The notes under the pieces: generated by a model | Seen by the model: only the letters and a program-made list of their open reading frames with translations | Told to the model about the DNA's origin: nothing | Database searches by the model: none | In this document: positions 50,871-60,632 of the stretch, in pieces | Layout of the letters: each line of letters starts with the position of its first letter | Position numbering within the stretch: the first letter of the stretch is position 1 | Made by a program: the position numbers and the translations under genes | Source of the DNA: a candidate division FCPU426 bacterium | GTDB lineage: Bacteria > Oederibacteriota > Muellerivitia > Muellerivitales > Muellerivitaceae | Direction: 5' to 3' | DNA: 64,000 nt | Assembly (NCBI GenBank): GCA_963796105.1 | Contig: CAWCKJ010000003.1 | Location: 768,001 to 832,000 of the forward strand

Positions 50871-51887
50871 TTATCCCAGCAGTTCGTTCACTTTGGTCAT
50901 GACCTGGAAGGCGTCCGCCACGTAAACCACGTCCGCCTTGCCCTGGGCCCAGCCGCAATTGGGGTTCAGGTTGACCGCTCGGCGCTCATTGATGAACCGC
51001 CAACCCACCGCGTGTGGCTCTTCCCCATGACAACAGGTGGCCAGCCCCTTGAGGTGCCTGGGCGTGGAGCCTGTTTGGCCGATCTGGTTCAGGTGGCTCA
51101 TGAAGGAAAGCACCGTGCCCTCCCCCTTCTGGTCCACCAGGGATTTGCTCCCCCCCAGTGAGGCCCTGGTTTTACCCAGGAAAGCCAGGATGGTTTTCTC
51201 GGCCTCGGGAACCTTGGTCTGGCCGTCAGCCTGCTTCTTGCACCATCCGGCGCCCGCCACGAACAGCAATTCCGCGTCGGGATTAATGGTCTGGGTGCCT
51301 GAGGAGGGGGATTTCACGCCCGTCACCTTGGTTTTCGTTGAAGGAGCCGTAAATGCCACTTTCTCTGCGGCAAGGGTCCCGGAGCCTATATGGGCGGGAA
51401 AGGTGCCAGCATCCACGGTCAAGAACCAGGGTCTCTGGGTCCTTTTGATTTGGGCCGACATTCTTTGGCGGTAGTACCACCTTGTGACCAATGGCACGCC
51501 TCCATCCGCCGCCAACTCGGTAATATGGGTGTCCACTTTTCCGCCTAGACGCTGGGCCAGACCCGCGATGATCCGTTGGATCCTTGAGGAAGCCGGCGCC
51601 AAAACCAGGGCCGCACCGGAAGCCTTGACGAGCGCCTCGCAAGCCGCAGCGTCGGTGGCGTAACGGGGCTGTGATAAGGCGCCATCCTCAACTGCCAAGG
51701 CCTTTTCAAAGCCGGCGCCAGCAAGTTGCCCAGCCGCTCCCGAGGCCTTTTCTCCGAAAAATCCCGCGATCAGCTTCGCTCCGCCCAGGGCCGAAGCCAG
51801 GGTCTTGGCCGCCGATGCCGCTTCCAGCCCGGCTTTCCCGATTTTTCCGTCCGCCTCCACCGCCGTCAGCAAAAGGATCGTTTCCAT
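50871..51887 (-). CDS. etfA: Electron transfer flavoprotein alpha subunit
   Basis: QIGQTG, AVN.NP, ADVVYVAD; in an operon with etfB. Confidence 0.85.
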   Translation of the reverse strand: METILLLTAVEADGKIGKAGLEAASAAKTLASALGGAKLIAGFFGEKASGAAGQLAGAGFEKALAVEDGALSQPRYATDAAACEALVKASGAALVLAPASSRIQRIIAGLAQRLGGKVDTHITELAADGGVPLVTRWYYRQRMSAQIKRTQRPWFLTVDAGTFPAHIGSGTLAAEKVAFTAPSTKTKVTGVKSPSSGTQTINPDAELLFVAGAGWCKKQADGQTKVPEAEKTILAFLGKTRASLGGSKSLVDQKGEGTVLSFMSHLNQIGQTGSTPRHLKGLATCCHGEEPHAVGWRFINERRAVNLNPNCGWAQGKADVVYVADAFQVMTKVNELLG

Positions 51888-52079
51888 GTTCAACCTCTCC
51901 AGGATTTAGAATTTAAAATTAGTAAAATCTTTTAAAAATTTTCGCCATAGATGCATGGGATTCATTGGATATTAAAAACTCAACTTCTTTTTCAGCCTAT
52001 CCCTTTCCATCCCATCAATCTTCTTAGACTTGCTTTGATTTTTCATTAGAATTTAAAATTCAAAATTTAGAATTTAAAA

Positions 52080-52889
52080 TTACTTTTTCCTGATCCACTC
52101 CACAATTTCCTTCGCGATTTGGTCCACCGGCATGTCCTTGATGACCTTCGTGTCCCTCTTTTGTTTTGGCAGGTTCACCGACTTGAACTCCAACCCCTCG
52201 CCGGGAAGTTTCACGGCCCTGGCCTTTTGCAGGGCTGGCATCAGGCTTTTCATGTTCGCCATCCCCAACTGGGGATTGTTCGGAGGCTCGGACAAATTCC
52301 CCGTGGCCCAACCCACCACCGCTGGAGGCCCAGCCAGGGTCGAAACTTGGTGTTTGCCTCCTTCCACCCGCTCCAGGATCTCAAGGGTCCCATCCGGTTG
52401 GACTTTCACTTGGTCCACGCCCTGAAACTGTTCGGTAATTCCCAATTTTTCCCCCAGGACCGCCAGGGTGGCTCCCGCCCCGCGGGACGCCGATTCCCAT
52501 CCCCCGAAAAGAAGAAGATGGGCCCTGTCTAAGCCCTGGATGGATTGCACCGCTTCCGCCAAAGCGGCCGAGCACTCGGCCGAGTCGGTGAATCCGCCCG
52601 CGGGCGCGTCCACCGGCACCAGTTCAAAGGGCGCCTTTTGCGCCAGGGCCATCATGGATTGCTGGAGCTTTCCTTTCGAAGCCGCGCTCACCAGCCATAC
52701 CTTGGAACCCGCGTTGGCCTTGGCCAGTGCCGCGGCCTCGTAAAGGGCGCTGGCAGCCCAGGGGTCCAGGATGGAGGGAAGCATGGCCTCGTTCTTCAAG
52801 GCCGGCCCCGTGGGACCGGTGATGGGCTCCAGAGTCTGGAGGGGGTCCGGCACCAGCCCTCCGCATACGGCGATATGGAATATTGACAT
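52080..52889 (-). CDS. etfB: Electron transfer flavoprotein beta subunit
   Basis: VPD, ALYEA, FGG.ES...G.G, ERVEGG. Confidence 0.85.
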   Translation of the reverse strand: MSIFHIAVCGGLVPDPLQTLEPITGPTGPALKNEAMLPSILDPWAASALYEAAALAKANAGSKVWLVSAASKGKLQQSMMALAQKAPFELVPVDAPAGGFTDSAECSAALAEAVQSIQGLDRAHLLLFGGWESASRGAGATLAVLGEKLGITEQFQGVDQVKVQPDGTLEILERVEGGKHQVSTLAGPPAVVGWATGNLSEPPNNPQLGMANMKSLMPALQKARAVKLPGEGLEFKSVNLPKQKRDTKVIKDMPVDQIAKEIVEWIRKK

Positions 52890-52986
52890 TTAATTCTCCT
52901 CGAAAAATTTTCAAGAGTGACAAACAAAGACCCACGGACAAGCTCGTGGTAACTTTTGATCCCCCTTCGCTAAGGCTTCGGGGGAT

Positions 52987-53104
52987 TTATCCACCAATTT
53001 ACATGCAGAATCCACTGTAGCATGTTATCCGCATCCCTCCCCAGCCAAGGCAGGTGTTTTCCGCGATTGTGGATAAACTAAAACCAGTACAATTCTTATC
53101 AACA
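52987..53104. promoter_or_regulatory. Cluster of DnaA-box-like 9-mers
   Basis: TTATCCACC 52987, TTATCCGCA 53025, TGTGGATAA 53068 (perfect), TTATCAACA 53096. Confidence 0.45.
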
Positions 53105-53195
53105 AGAGGATTGGATCATAAATCAGTTGTGGGTTTTCGCGCCTTAAAAAAAACGAGGGATTACGCTATAAAAGCCCAATTAATTAAAGCTTGGG

Positions 53196-55055
53196 TTAAT
53201 TTTCGGCTGAGTGGAGGCCGCCGGAGCCGGCCTTGAATTCCAGGTTGGTTTGTCCCGTGAGGGACTCGATGAGTTCCGCGCAGTTCCAGAGGCAGGCCCC
53301 GCAATGGACGCATTTCTCGCGGTCAAAATTGATCCCGCCGTCGTCCGCGATGGCCAAGGCTTGTCCTGAGCACATGTCGATGCAAAGCTTCCTCTCGCAG
53401 GCGACACAGCGGGCGGGCTTCAGCACCACCACGTGGTCGGAAAATCCCGGCACGGCCTGGACCTTTCCGCCCATCAGGAGAGCGTCCTGGTGGGACACGA
53501 GGAGTTTCCCGTCCATCTCCACCTGGGGCCATCCCACCTTGTCCATCAAGGCGTCGTGCAGGCTGGTCCCGGTTTCAGCGCATTTCTTCCGGATGTCCTC
53601 GATCTCCTGGGGCGTGATACGCCCTTTGTAATATTCCTCCAGCGTGGGAATCCGCTGATGGGGCGCCAGGGGCTTCCCGGGCCAGCCCAATAATCCGCAA
53701 GTCGCACCCGCGAGAGCCATCCCCGCCATTCCCTGCACAAACCCCTTTTGGAAGCCGTCCCTGGCCTTTTCCGCCATCAAGCCCTCGTGATGAACCCAGC
53801 TTTCCCTCCGGCGCTTGACATAGGTGTGTTCCAAGTCGGTCCTATTGAAGGGCTTATTATTCTTGAGAATCTCCAGCACCCCTTCCGCCAATTGCACTCC
53901 CGTGGCCCAGGCCTCATCCACGCCCGAGTTGGTCAGGACGTTCGTGGAACCGGACCCTTCCCCAATTCGCGCGAAACCATCGCCGACCAGATAGGGCTCC
54001 CCCCTCATGCCGGATTCCTGGAGGGATTTGGCGCCCCAAGACCTGAGGGTCGCTCCCTGTAAATGTTTCCACAAGGCCGGATGCCTCATCCAGTGCTGGA
54101 GGTATCGATAGGAAGTGCGGGCTGGGTTGTCAAACCAGGAAGGCACGAAGATTCCTGCGGCCGCAACGTTCCCCGGATAGACGTACAAGAAACCAAATAT
54201 CTCCGGTTCGGGATAGCCCAAGGAATGCAAGACCGTTCCCGGCTTCAGTTGGTTATCTGCTGGCAGGTCCACCACCACTTTCATTCCCAAGGCCCACTCG
54301 TGCGTGGAATGGCCTGGAGGCAATCCAAAATGGCGGTCGAGCTGGCGCCCGATGGGACCCACTGGGCCGTCCCCCACCACCGTCAAACCCGCCCTGATTT
54401 CCATGCCTGGGAGGAACCCTTCCCCGGGGTTTCCTTTCGCGTCCACGCCTTGATCCGCCAGCCTCACCCCCGCCATTCTTCCCTGCTCGATGATGGCCTC
54501 TGCCACGGGAGTTCCAGGCCAAACCTGGACAAGCCCCGAGGACATCAATTGGGAACCAACCCATTGGTTGAACTGGCCCAATGAGCAAATGAACCCATCC
54601 TTTTTGTGAAGGTAACGCGGGGTATAGGGCAGGGCGAAAGCCAGGTCGTGGGTGATGCCGGGAATTTTTTTTAATAGTGAGTCTGCGGCCCGGACCAACC
54701 CGGGCCTGCGGCTGGCCCCGATGGGGTCCATCAGATATAGAACCTTCTCCTGGGTGACGGGGGAAAAGAGGGGGATCTGGTTGAAATCCATTCCAGGGTA
54801 GGAAGCCTTGATGCTTCTTCCCCGGGTTACCACGCCCGAGACCCCGAATCCCAGGTCGTCGGATCTCTCATAGCAAAGCACTTGGAGGGGAGACCCGGGA
54901 CTAACCCGGCTTTCCGTGTATGGAGCCCCAGCCGCTTCCGAGAGGCCCTTGGAAAGCGCCGTCAGGAATCCGCCCGTGGCTGGGCCGAACCCCACGCAAA
55001 CGATGTCCGCCGTGAGGGTTTGACGCTCCAGGGAGTTTTGGGATAAGTCGTTCAA
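53196..55055 (-). CDS. ETF:quinone oxidoreductase / FixC-FixX-like fusion
   Basis: VGFGPA FAD motif, G.K, GFLY, C-terminal CVAC...C...C and CVHCGAC. Confidence 0.85.
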   Translation of the reverse strand: MNDLSQNSLERQTLTADIVCVGFGPATGGFLTALSKGLSEAAGAPYTESRVSPGSPLQVLCYERSDDLGFGVSGVVTRGRSIKASYPGMDFNQIPLFSPVTQEKVLYLMDPIGASRRPGLVRAADSLLKKIPGITHDLAFALPYTPRYLHKKDGFICSLGQFNQWVGSQLMSSGLVQVWPGTPVAEAIIEQGRMAGVRLADQGVDAKGNPGEGFLPGMEIRAGLTVVGDGPVGPIGRQLDRHFGLPPGHSTHEWALGMKVVVDLPADNQLKPGTVLHSLGYPEPEIFGFLYVYPGNVAAAGIFVPSWFDNPARTSYRYLQHWMRHPALWKHLQGATLRSWGAKSLQESGMRGEPYLVGDGFARIGEGSGSTNVLTNSGVDEAWATGVQLAEGVLEILKNNKPFNRTDLEHTYVKRRRESWVHHEGLMAEKARDGFQKGFVQGMAGMALAGATCGLLGWPGKPLAPHQRIPTLEEYYKGRITPQEIEDIRKKCAETGTSLHDALMDKVGWPQVEMDGKLLVSHQDALLMGGKVQAVPGFSDHVVVLKPARCVACERKLCIDMCSGQALAIADDGGINFDREKCVHCGACLWNCAELIESLTGQTNLEFKAGSGGLHSAEN

Positions 55056-55068
55056 GGATCAAACTCCC

Positions 55069-57309
55069 TTATTGGGGATAATCGAGCGCCTCTGGAATCA
55101 TGACCCTGGATAAATTCTCCGCGGCCCGGTCCTTTGCGAGGCGGCACCCGGTAAGGCAGGCGTCCAGCCTGGAGCGCATGCTGATGAAGGTCTCCAAATC
55201 GTCCAGCCTCACGCAAGGCCCCCTCTTCTCGGGATGGTGGTTGTCCTTATCCATCACGTCGGTGTAACCCAGCGCCCCTCCCTCGATGCCAGGCATGATC
55301 GACTCCAGGTCCTCGAGTTCCAGCTCGTTGAAGCAGGCCTTGCAGCCCTCCTCGGTCCAGCGGGGATGGACGTTGTATCCGAACACAAGTTCGGCGCATA
55401 TGCGGGAGGCTTCCCCGGACGCGCGGGCGGCCTGGACCTGGCAGAGGTCCTTGTAGAATGAAAGAATCCCCGGCATGGCTTCCGCCAAATTGGGATTGGC
55501 CGGTCCCTTGGCTTCCAGTTCCATGTAGTCCAGGATCTGTTGCCTGGCGGCTACCAGCCAGCAAAGGGCGTCAGCCATGGGGAAAGTGACTCCCTGCCGG
55601 TTGGATTGGAAAAGTTTGTGGCCCGTGTCGTCGGTGGCTTCCTGGAGGTGCTTCAGGGTCCAGAGCCATAGTTGGAAGGCGGTTCCCAGGGCGCAGGCGC
55701 CGGTCTCCGGATCGGTGGAGGCGATGGACTTGAGGTCCCTGATCCAATCCCGGAGCTGTTCCAGGAAAACCTCGTGGGTCATGGTCAGCGATAATTGGCG
55801 GCGCTGGACGGCCTCCGGCCCCTCGTAGGTGGCCTCCAATTGGGCGTCCATCCACTTGTGGCCCAGGAAACCAGGGCAATCCTCGGTGATGCCGTAGCCT
55901 CCCATCAGGCTGACAGCCTCCCGCAGGGCGTTGGCGCCCTGGCCCGTGTTCCATAGTTTGGTGGCGGGACAGAGAATATTTGCGACCGATTCCATCAGCG
56001 AGAATTTCACCAAGGGGTCTTTTCCCAAAGCCTCGAGCTTGGAGTTATCCCTTCTTTCCTCGGGAAGCCTGGACAACCTCAAATATTCCAAGGTTTGCTC
56101 GTCCACCTTGGCCATCTCCCTCATCTGGGCCCTGGTTCCCTTGACTCCGCGGGAAGCCAGGATTTTGTCCTTTTCCTTTTCCAGGGGGTCCAATTCGTCA
56201 TACAAACGGGCCGCGGCGAAGCCCATGGAGGCTCCCGCCTCCCCCATTCCCCAGACCTCGACGAGGCGGTGAAGGGCGTCCTGCTTGGTTTGGATTCCCA
56301 GCTCGTAACGGGGTGACCCTGGTGAAGCCGCTGTTCCGCCCCGGAACCTTTGGCGGTGGTATCGTATGACAGGCTCAATGGCGGATAGGAGCTTGGCGGC
56401 CGTCATGAGGCCCACGGTGACGCGGGTGCGCTTGAAAACCGCCTCGATCACTTCCCCATGGCTGTAATTGGGAATGATCACGCCGTCCTTTACGGTATAT
56501 CCCCCCACGATGCGGGAGGCGGGAACCTTGAGCTGGAAATTCGGATCACGGGTGGAGGAAAGCTGGTGGACCAGCTTCTTTGTCGGGGTACCCCGGTCGA
56601 ACACTCCGGGATCTCCCTCCTCGAGAATGATCATGCAGGAAGTTTTGATCCTCTTATCGTCTGTATCCACTGCGGCGGTCACGATACCGGCGTAGTCCAT
56701 ATTGGTGATGAAACGGCCCCGCTTGTCCACTTCCAGCAAGGGCTCCTTCCCCTCCTTCCATTCGGCCACCCGCAGTTTGCCGCATAAAATGCCGGTTTCA
56801 ACCCCCACGTAGGGAAGGGGCTCGGTCAGCGCAAAGGCGGCCCTTAAAGTTTTCCGGTCCTCGCCCGCTTTGGGAGGAGCGGCGCAGGCCATGTACTTGG
56901 CGATTTGCTCGGGAGTTCCGCACTCATGGATGGGGGCCAGTCCCAGGTTTCCGGCCAACGAGGCCGTGGCGGCCCCGCCGTCCACCCAGGCCAGCTCGAA
57001 AGCCACCAGGGCCATGGCCAGGTTCTTGGGGCCCTCGAATAGTCCTCCATGGACCGGGTCCAAGAAAGCGGCCGTGATACCGGACTCGTCATAAACCTTG
57101 AGTAGGGAATTTTTCTCATCCGTCCAATCGTGGCTGTTGCGGACCCCCTGGGCCACCAAGCGGGCCACGGGCCCCCGCGCCACCGAGCGAGCGGATTGAA
57201 CGAGAAGCTGGAAATCGAACCGGTCGCTGAAACGCCACTGGATCTGGCGTACTTCATCCCCCGGAAGGGTTTGAAGGAATGGAATAGCCGCGGTTTGAGT
57301 CTCACTCAT
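55069..57309 (-). CDS. Long acyl-CoA dehydrogenase
   Basis: FALTEP, RFITN, MGGYG, TYEG; ATG 57309 with RBS. Confidence 0.88.
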   Translation of the reverse strand: MSETQTAAIPFLQTLPGDEVRQIQWRFSDRFDFQLLVQSARSVARGPVARLVAQGVRNSHDWTDEKNSLLKVYDESGITAAFLDPVHGGLFEGPKNLAMALVAFELAWVDGGAATASLAGNLGLAPIHECGTPEQIAKYMACAAPPKAGEDRKTLRAAFALTEPLPYVGVETGILCGKLRVAEWKEGKEPLLEVDKRGRFITNMDYAGIVTAAVDTDDKRIKTSCMIILEEGDPGVFDRGTPTKKLVHQLSSTRDPNFQLKVPASRIVGGYTVKDGVIIPNYSHGEVIEAVFKRTRVTVGLMTAAKLLSAIEPVIRYHRQRFRGGTAASPGSPRYELGIQTKQDALHRLVEVWGMGEAGASMGFAAARLYDELDPLEKEKDKILASRGVKGTRAQMREMAKVDEQTLEYLRLSRLPEERRDNSKLEALGKDPLVKFSLMESVANILCPATKLWNTGQGANALREAVSLMGGYGITEDCPGFLGHKWMDAQLEATYEGPEAVQRRQLSLTMTHEVFLEQLRDWIRDLKSIASTDPETGACALGTAFQLWLWTLKHLQEATDDTGHKLFQSNRQGVTFPMADALCWLVAARQQILDYMELEAKGPANPNLAEAMPGILSFYKDLCQVQAARASGEASRICAELVFGYNVHPRWTEEGCKACFNELELEDLESIMPGIEGGALGYTDVMDKDNHHPEKRGPCVRLDDLETFISMRSRLDACLTGCRLAKDRAAENLSRVMIPEALDYPQ

Positions 57310-57680
57310 GTTGGTCTCCCCCTGATATCGATCGAAAAAAATGGAAAAAACTGGCGGGCCCATCCTACTTGGAAAAGCCGGCGGCACCGGTCTTACGTAC
57401 TGGCTATCTTTGGAAGTCCGGCTGGAACTCCATAATATGAATATTGGGTCAAATTTCTATGATTTAAATCACCAGAAAACACACATAATTAAGGTTCCTG
57501 CCGCCCTTCTAGGCTTGGCACGAAACGTTTCCTCCAGGACTTTGATGGAAATTTTCAGGAAAGACTCAAATCAACCCAAATCAGTGGTTACCAATAACCA
57601 CCAAGATAACTTCGGAAGTCGTAATGGACTTGAAATTTAATCAGGAAAATCCGCGCACCTTGAAATTCCCCGAATTTCTC

Positions 57681-59519
57681 TTAAGGGCTCAATCGATCCG
57701 TCTGATTACTGAGAGGAGAAGCTGTTTGTTTTTTCGAAAACCAATAACCAGAATAATAGACCCGGGTTTGGCCCTCTTGGTCCACCGCGTGCAAGGTACC
57801 GCCGTCCCCGTAAAAAAGACCGGGAACGACCGCGTCCTCTTCCGACAAGGGAAGAATCGCGACTTTATAGGTCTCGTTATGGACGTCAAAAGCCTTGAAG
57901 GTGATCTTCATATCCACGGAAAGAAATCCATCCCTCTCCAGGAGGGTGATTTTATTGAACTGAATCGGGCCGTCGATCCCGCCCGGCCCCTCCCCCTGCT
58001 CGGGTTCCAACTCATAGTCCCCTTCCCGGGCTTTCCAGGTATCCGGGATCGGCGCTGGATGGATTTTTTCCAAGGGAACCGGGAAAGGCAACCCGCCGAT
58101 TACCGCGACTTCCTTGCCGGAAAGGGCGGAAAAAACCACGGGATATTGCGGGAAATCCATGTTGAAGAATAAAAGAAAATTCAGGTGAGGCACGAATGTA
58201 TCCTGCCCGACGGGAAGCAGGTCCAAATGGAGGTGGGCCATTTCCGCCGAGAGTTTATCGCCCTCTCGGGTGATCCGGGTGATTTGCCCGAAGGCCGAAT
58301 AGGGCCCTGAATAACGATCAAGCGTCTCGCTGGCCACCGGTACGCGCTTTGGCATGAGGATCTTTTGTTTTTCCAGGTCTTCTTTTATCCCATATTTGGC
58401 TTGAAGCATTTCCTTGATCGCTCTGGTGGATAGATCCTTGGCCATGTTTTGGAATTCCTCCGAGTTGGAAAGGACAATGACGGCCAGCTTCTGGCCCGGG
58501 AGCAGGACAAGCTGGGAATAATAAGGGGGATAAGCCCCGTCTTTCCAGGCCGTCTTTTCCGATCCCGGTATATCCCAATAACTTAAATTCCAACCCATTC
58601 CCACTTCAAATCCGAAATCCAACGGAAGATCCCCGTATTGCCGTTCGAACATTCTTTGAATATTCTTCGCGCCCCCAAAAATAGGCGCCTGTTCGGGATC
58701 GAAGAGGGATTGTACGAAACGAGCCAAGTCATCCGCCGAGGATACCAACCCCGCTGCCGGGATATCCCTCACGTGAAAGGCCGGTATTTCTTTTCCATTC
58801 CTGTAGCCTTGCGATAGCAAACTTTCTTTTTCAGGGTCATTCATGAAAAAAGAGGAAACCATGCCCAGGGGTTGAAACAGATCGTCTTGAATGGCCTTTG
58901 GAAAAGTTTTTTTGGTTCGGATTTCAACTAACCGTCCCAAGAGGGCGTAATCCGTATAGGAGTAGCGGTAAAAAGTCTGGGGAGGGGAATAAAGATAATC
59001 GTTCTTTATTTCCCCGGATAATTGCTCGAGGTTTTGCGGTTTGTCGCGCCATAATCCTTTGATGAAAAAACCTGGAAGGCCGGAATGGTTGGCCAGAAGA
59101 GATCTTACCGTGATGGGTTTTGTTATCCCAAACCGGTTATGGATGGAAAAACCCGGAAGGGATTTCCGGATCGGATCGTCCAGCCTGATTTTTCCCTTTT
59201 TGCAAAGTTTCAATATTTCCACCGCGGTGAAAACCTGGGAAATGCCGCCTATGGGATAAAGCGTGTCCCCAGAGGCCGATATTTTCTTCTTCACGTCCGC
59301 CCATCCGAACCCCTTTGCCCAGACAAGGTTTTTATCATCCACCAGGGCCAGGCTCAAACCCTTGACATGGGTCCTCTCCATTTCCCGCTGGATAAATAGG
59401 GTCAGGTCCTTTTTAACCGGCTCATAATCAACTTGGGTCTCGGGGGTTTTGGAATAAACATGAAACGGGGTGGAAAATAGCAAGACAAGAGCGGCAATCC
59501 CCAGGGACCGTTGCCACAT
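57681..59519 (-). CDS. Secreted beta-lactamase/serine-hydrolase-fold protein, probably catalytically inactive
   Basis: GLSLALV, ITVRSLLANHSGL, PLGM, AAGLVSSA.DLARF; SxxK reads GISQ. Confidence 0.85.
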   Translation of the reverse strand: MWQRSLGIAALVLLFSTPFHVYSKTPETQVDYEPVKKDLTLFIQREMERTHVKGLSLALVDDKNLVWAKGFGWADVKKKISASGDTLYPIGGISQVFTAVEILKLCKKGKIRLDDPIRKSLPGFSIHNRFGITKPITVRSLLANHSGLPGFFIKGLWRDKPQNLEQLSGEIKNDYLYSPPQTFYRYSYTDYALLGRLVEIRTKKTFPKAIQDDLFQPLGMVSSFFMNDPEKESLLSQGYRNGKEIPAFHVRDIPAAGLVSSADDLARFVQSLFDPEQAPIFGGAKNIQRMFERQYGDLPLDFGFEVGMGWNLSYWDIPGSEKTAWKDGAYPPYYSQLVLLPGQKLAVIVLSNSEEFQNMAKDLSTRAIKEMLQAKYGIKEDLEKQKILMPKRVPVASETLDRYSGPYSAFGQITRITREGDKLSAEMAHLHLDLLPVGQDTFVPHLNFLLFFNMDFPQYPVVFSALSGKEVAVIGGLPFPVPLEKIHPAPIPDTWKAREGDYELEPEQGEGPGGIDGPIQFNKITLLERDGFLSVDMKITFKAFDVHNETYKVAILPLSEEDAVVPGLFYGDGGTLHAVDQEGQTRVYYSGYWFSKKQTASPLSNQTDRLSP

Positions 59520-59913
59520 CCACTCCCCAGGAAGACTCAAGCATTCAAAGACTTTTTTCGGATTCTTGTTCCGCTGATGCCAGGCGAAATTACTCAAATT
59601 GGGATTCCCTCTCCAGCGATATTTAACAGCTAAAGTAAACTTCAGGACAAAGCCCTTTAAAGTTATTTCGTATTGTATTAGGTTAGTCATTCAGAACATA
59701 CTTTCAAATTCCACCGCGTGTCCTATTGTCGAAAAGGCTTTCGGAATTTTTACTGCAGAATTCGTTATTTTGCCCTTAACAAAATTAAATCATTTCTGTT
59801 ATTCTTATGCCCCGCGTTTTTCGGTTCATGCCGAAACCACGAACAGCTTTGCAGGGTTTGAAATAACCAGACGCAAAAACTTTTAATGTCGAAATTATTT
59901 TTGGAGGATTGAA

Positions 59914-60549
59914 GTGGAACGAGTATGCATTTTCATAGATGGAAGCGGGTTTTATTTCGCCTTGAAACGAAATAACCGCCTTTCCCGGCTGGATTATTAT
60001 GAGCTTTCCAAAGCGCTAGTCGGCCCGGATCGAAACCTGATCCGTACCTATTATTACAATTCCGCCCACGATTCCGTATTGTCCCCCGATCAATGGAAAA
60101 TCCAGCAGCCCTTTTGGGAATCCCTTCTCAGGACCCCATATTTAGACCTGCGTTTGGGGCGGTTGGTGCCGACCCATGAGGGCGGATTCAAGGAAAAGGG
60201 CGTCAACGTCCGGTTGGTGTCGGACCTTTTGTACTACGGGGCCAGGAACCTTTTTGACACGGCCATCATTATTACCGAGGATGTGGATTTCGCTCAATCC
60301 TTGAACCAATTGAAGGAATTAGGAAGGCACGTGGAAGTCTGCCTTTTCCCGGATATCCAGCCCAGGGAATTGATCCAGTCTGCGGACACGATCATCCCCT
60401 TGGAGGACGTGTTATCGATGTATAACGCGAAAATCTTCCCGGTTGTCGTGGAGGACAACGTGGGAAACCGGACCGAGGATTCCCATTCAACGAGAAAGCG
60501 GGAAGCGAAACCGGGCCTCCCGAACAACCTCAAGGATAAATTCAAATAA
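59914..60549 (+). CDS. NYN/LabA-domain protein
   Basis: IFIDG, YYY, EKGV, D.DF, G..V, L...AD. Confidence 0.85.
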   Translation: MERVCIFIDGSGFYFALKRNNRLSRLDYYELSKALVGPDRNLIRTYYYNSAHDSVLSPDQWKIQQPFWESLLRTPYLDLRLGRLVPTHEGGFKEKGVNVRLVSDLLYYGARNLFDTAIIITEDVDFAQSLNQLKELGRHVEVCLFPDIQPRELIQSADTIIPLEDVLSMYNAKIFPVVVEDNVGNRTEDSHSTRKREAKPGLPNNLKDKFK

Positions 60550-60632
60550 TCCTGTTTCGGTTATTCGCCAACAGGGGCCTGTTTAAACAATAATCCTCAC
60601 AAAATCCATTCCCGTTCACCGGGATAAGGTTT

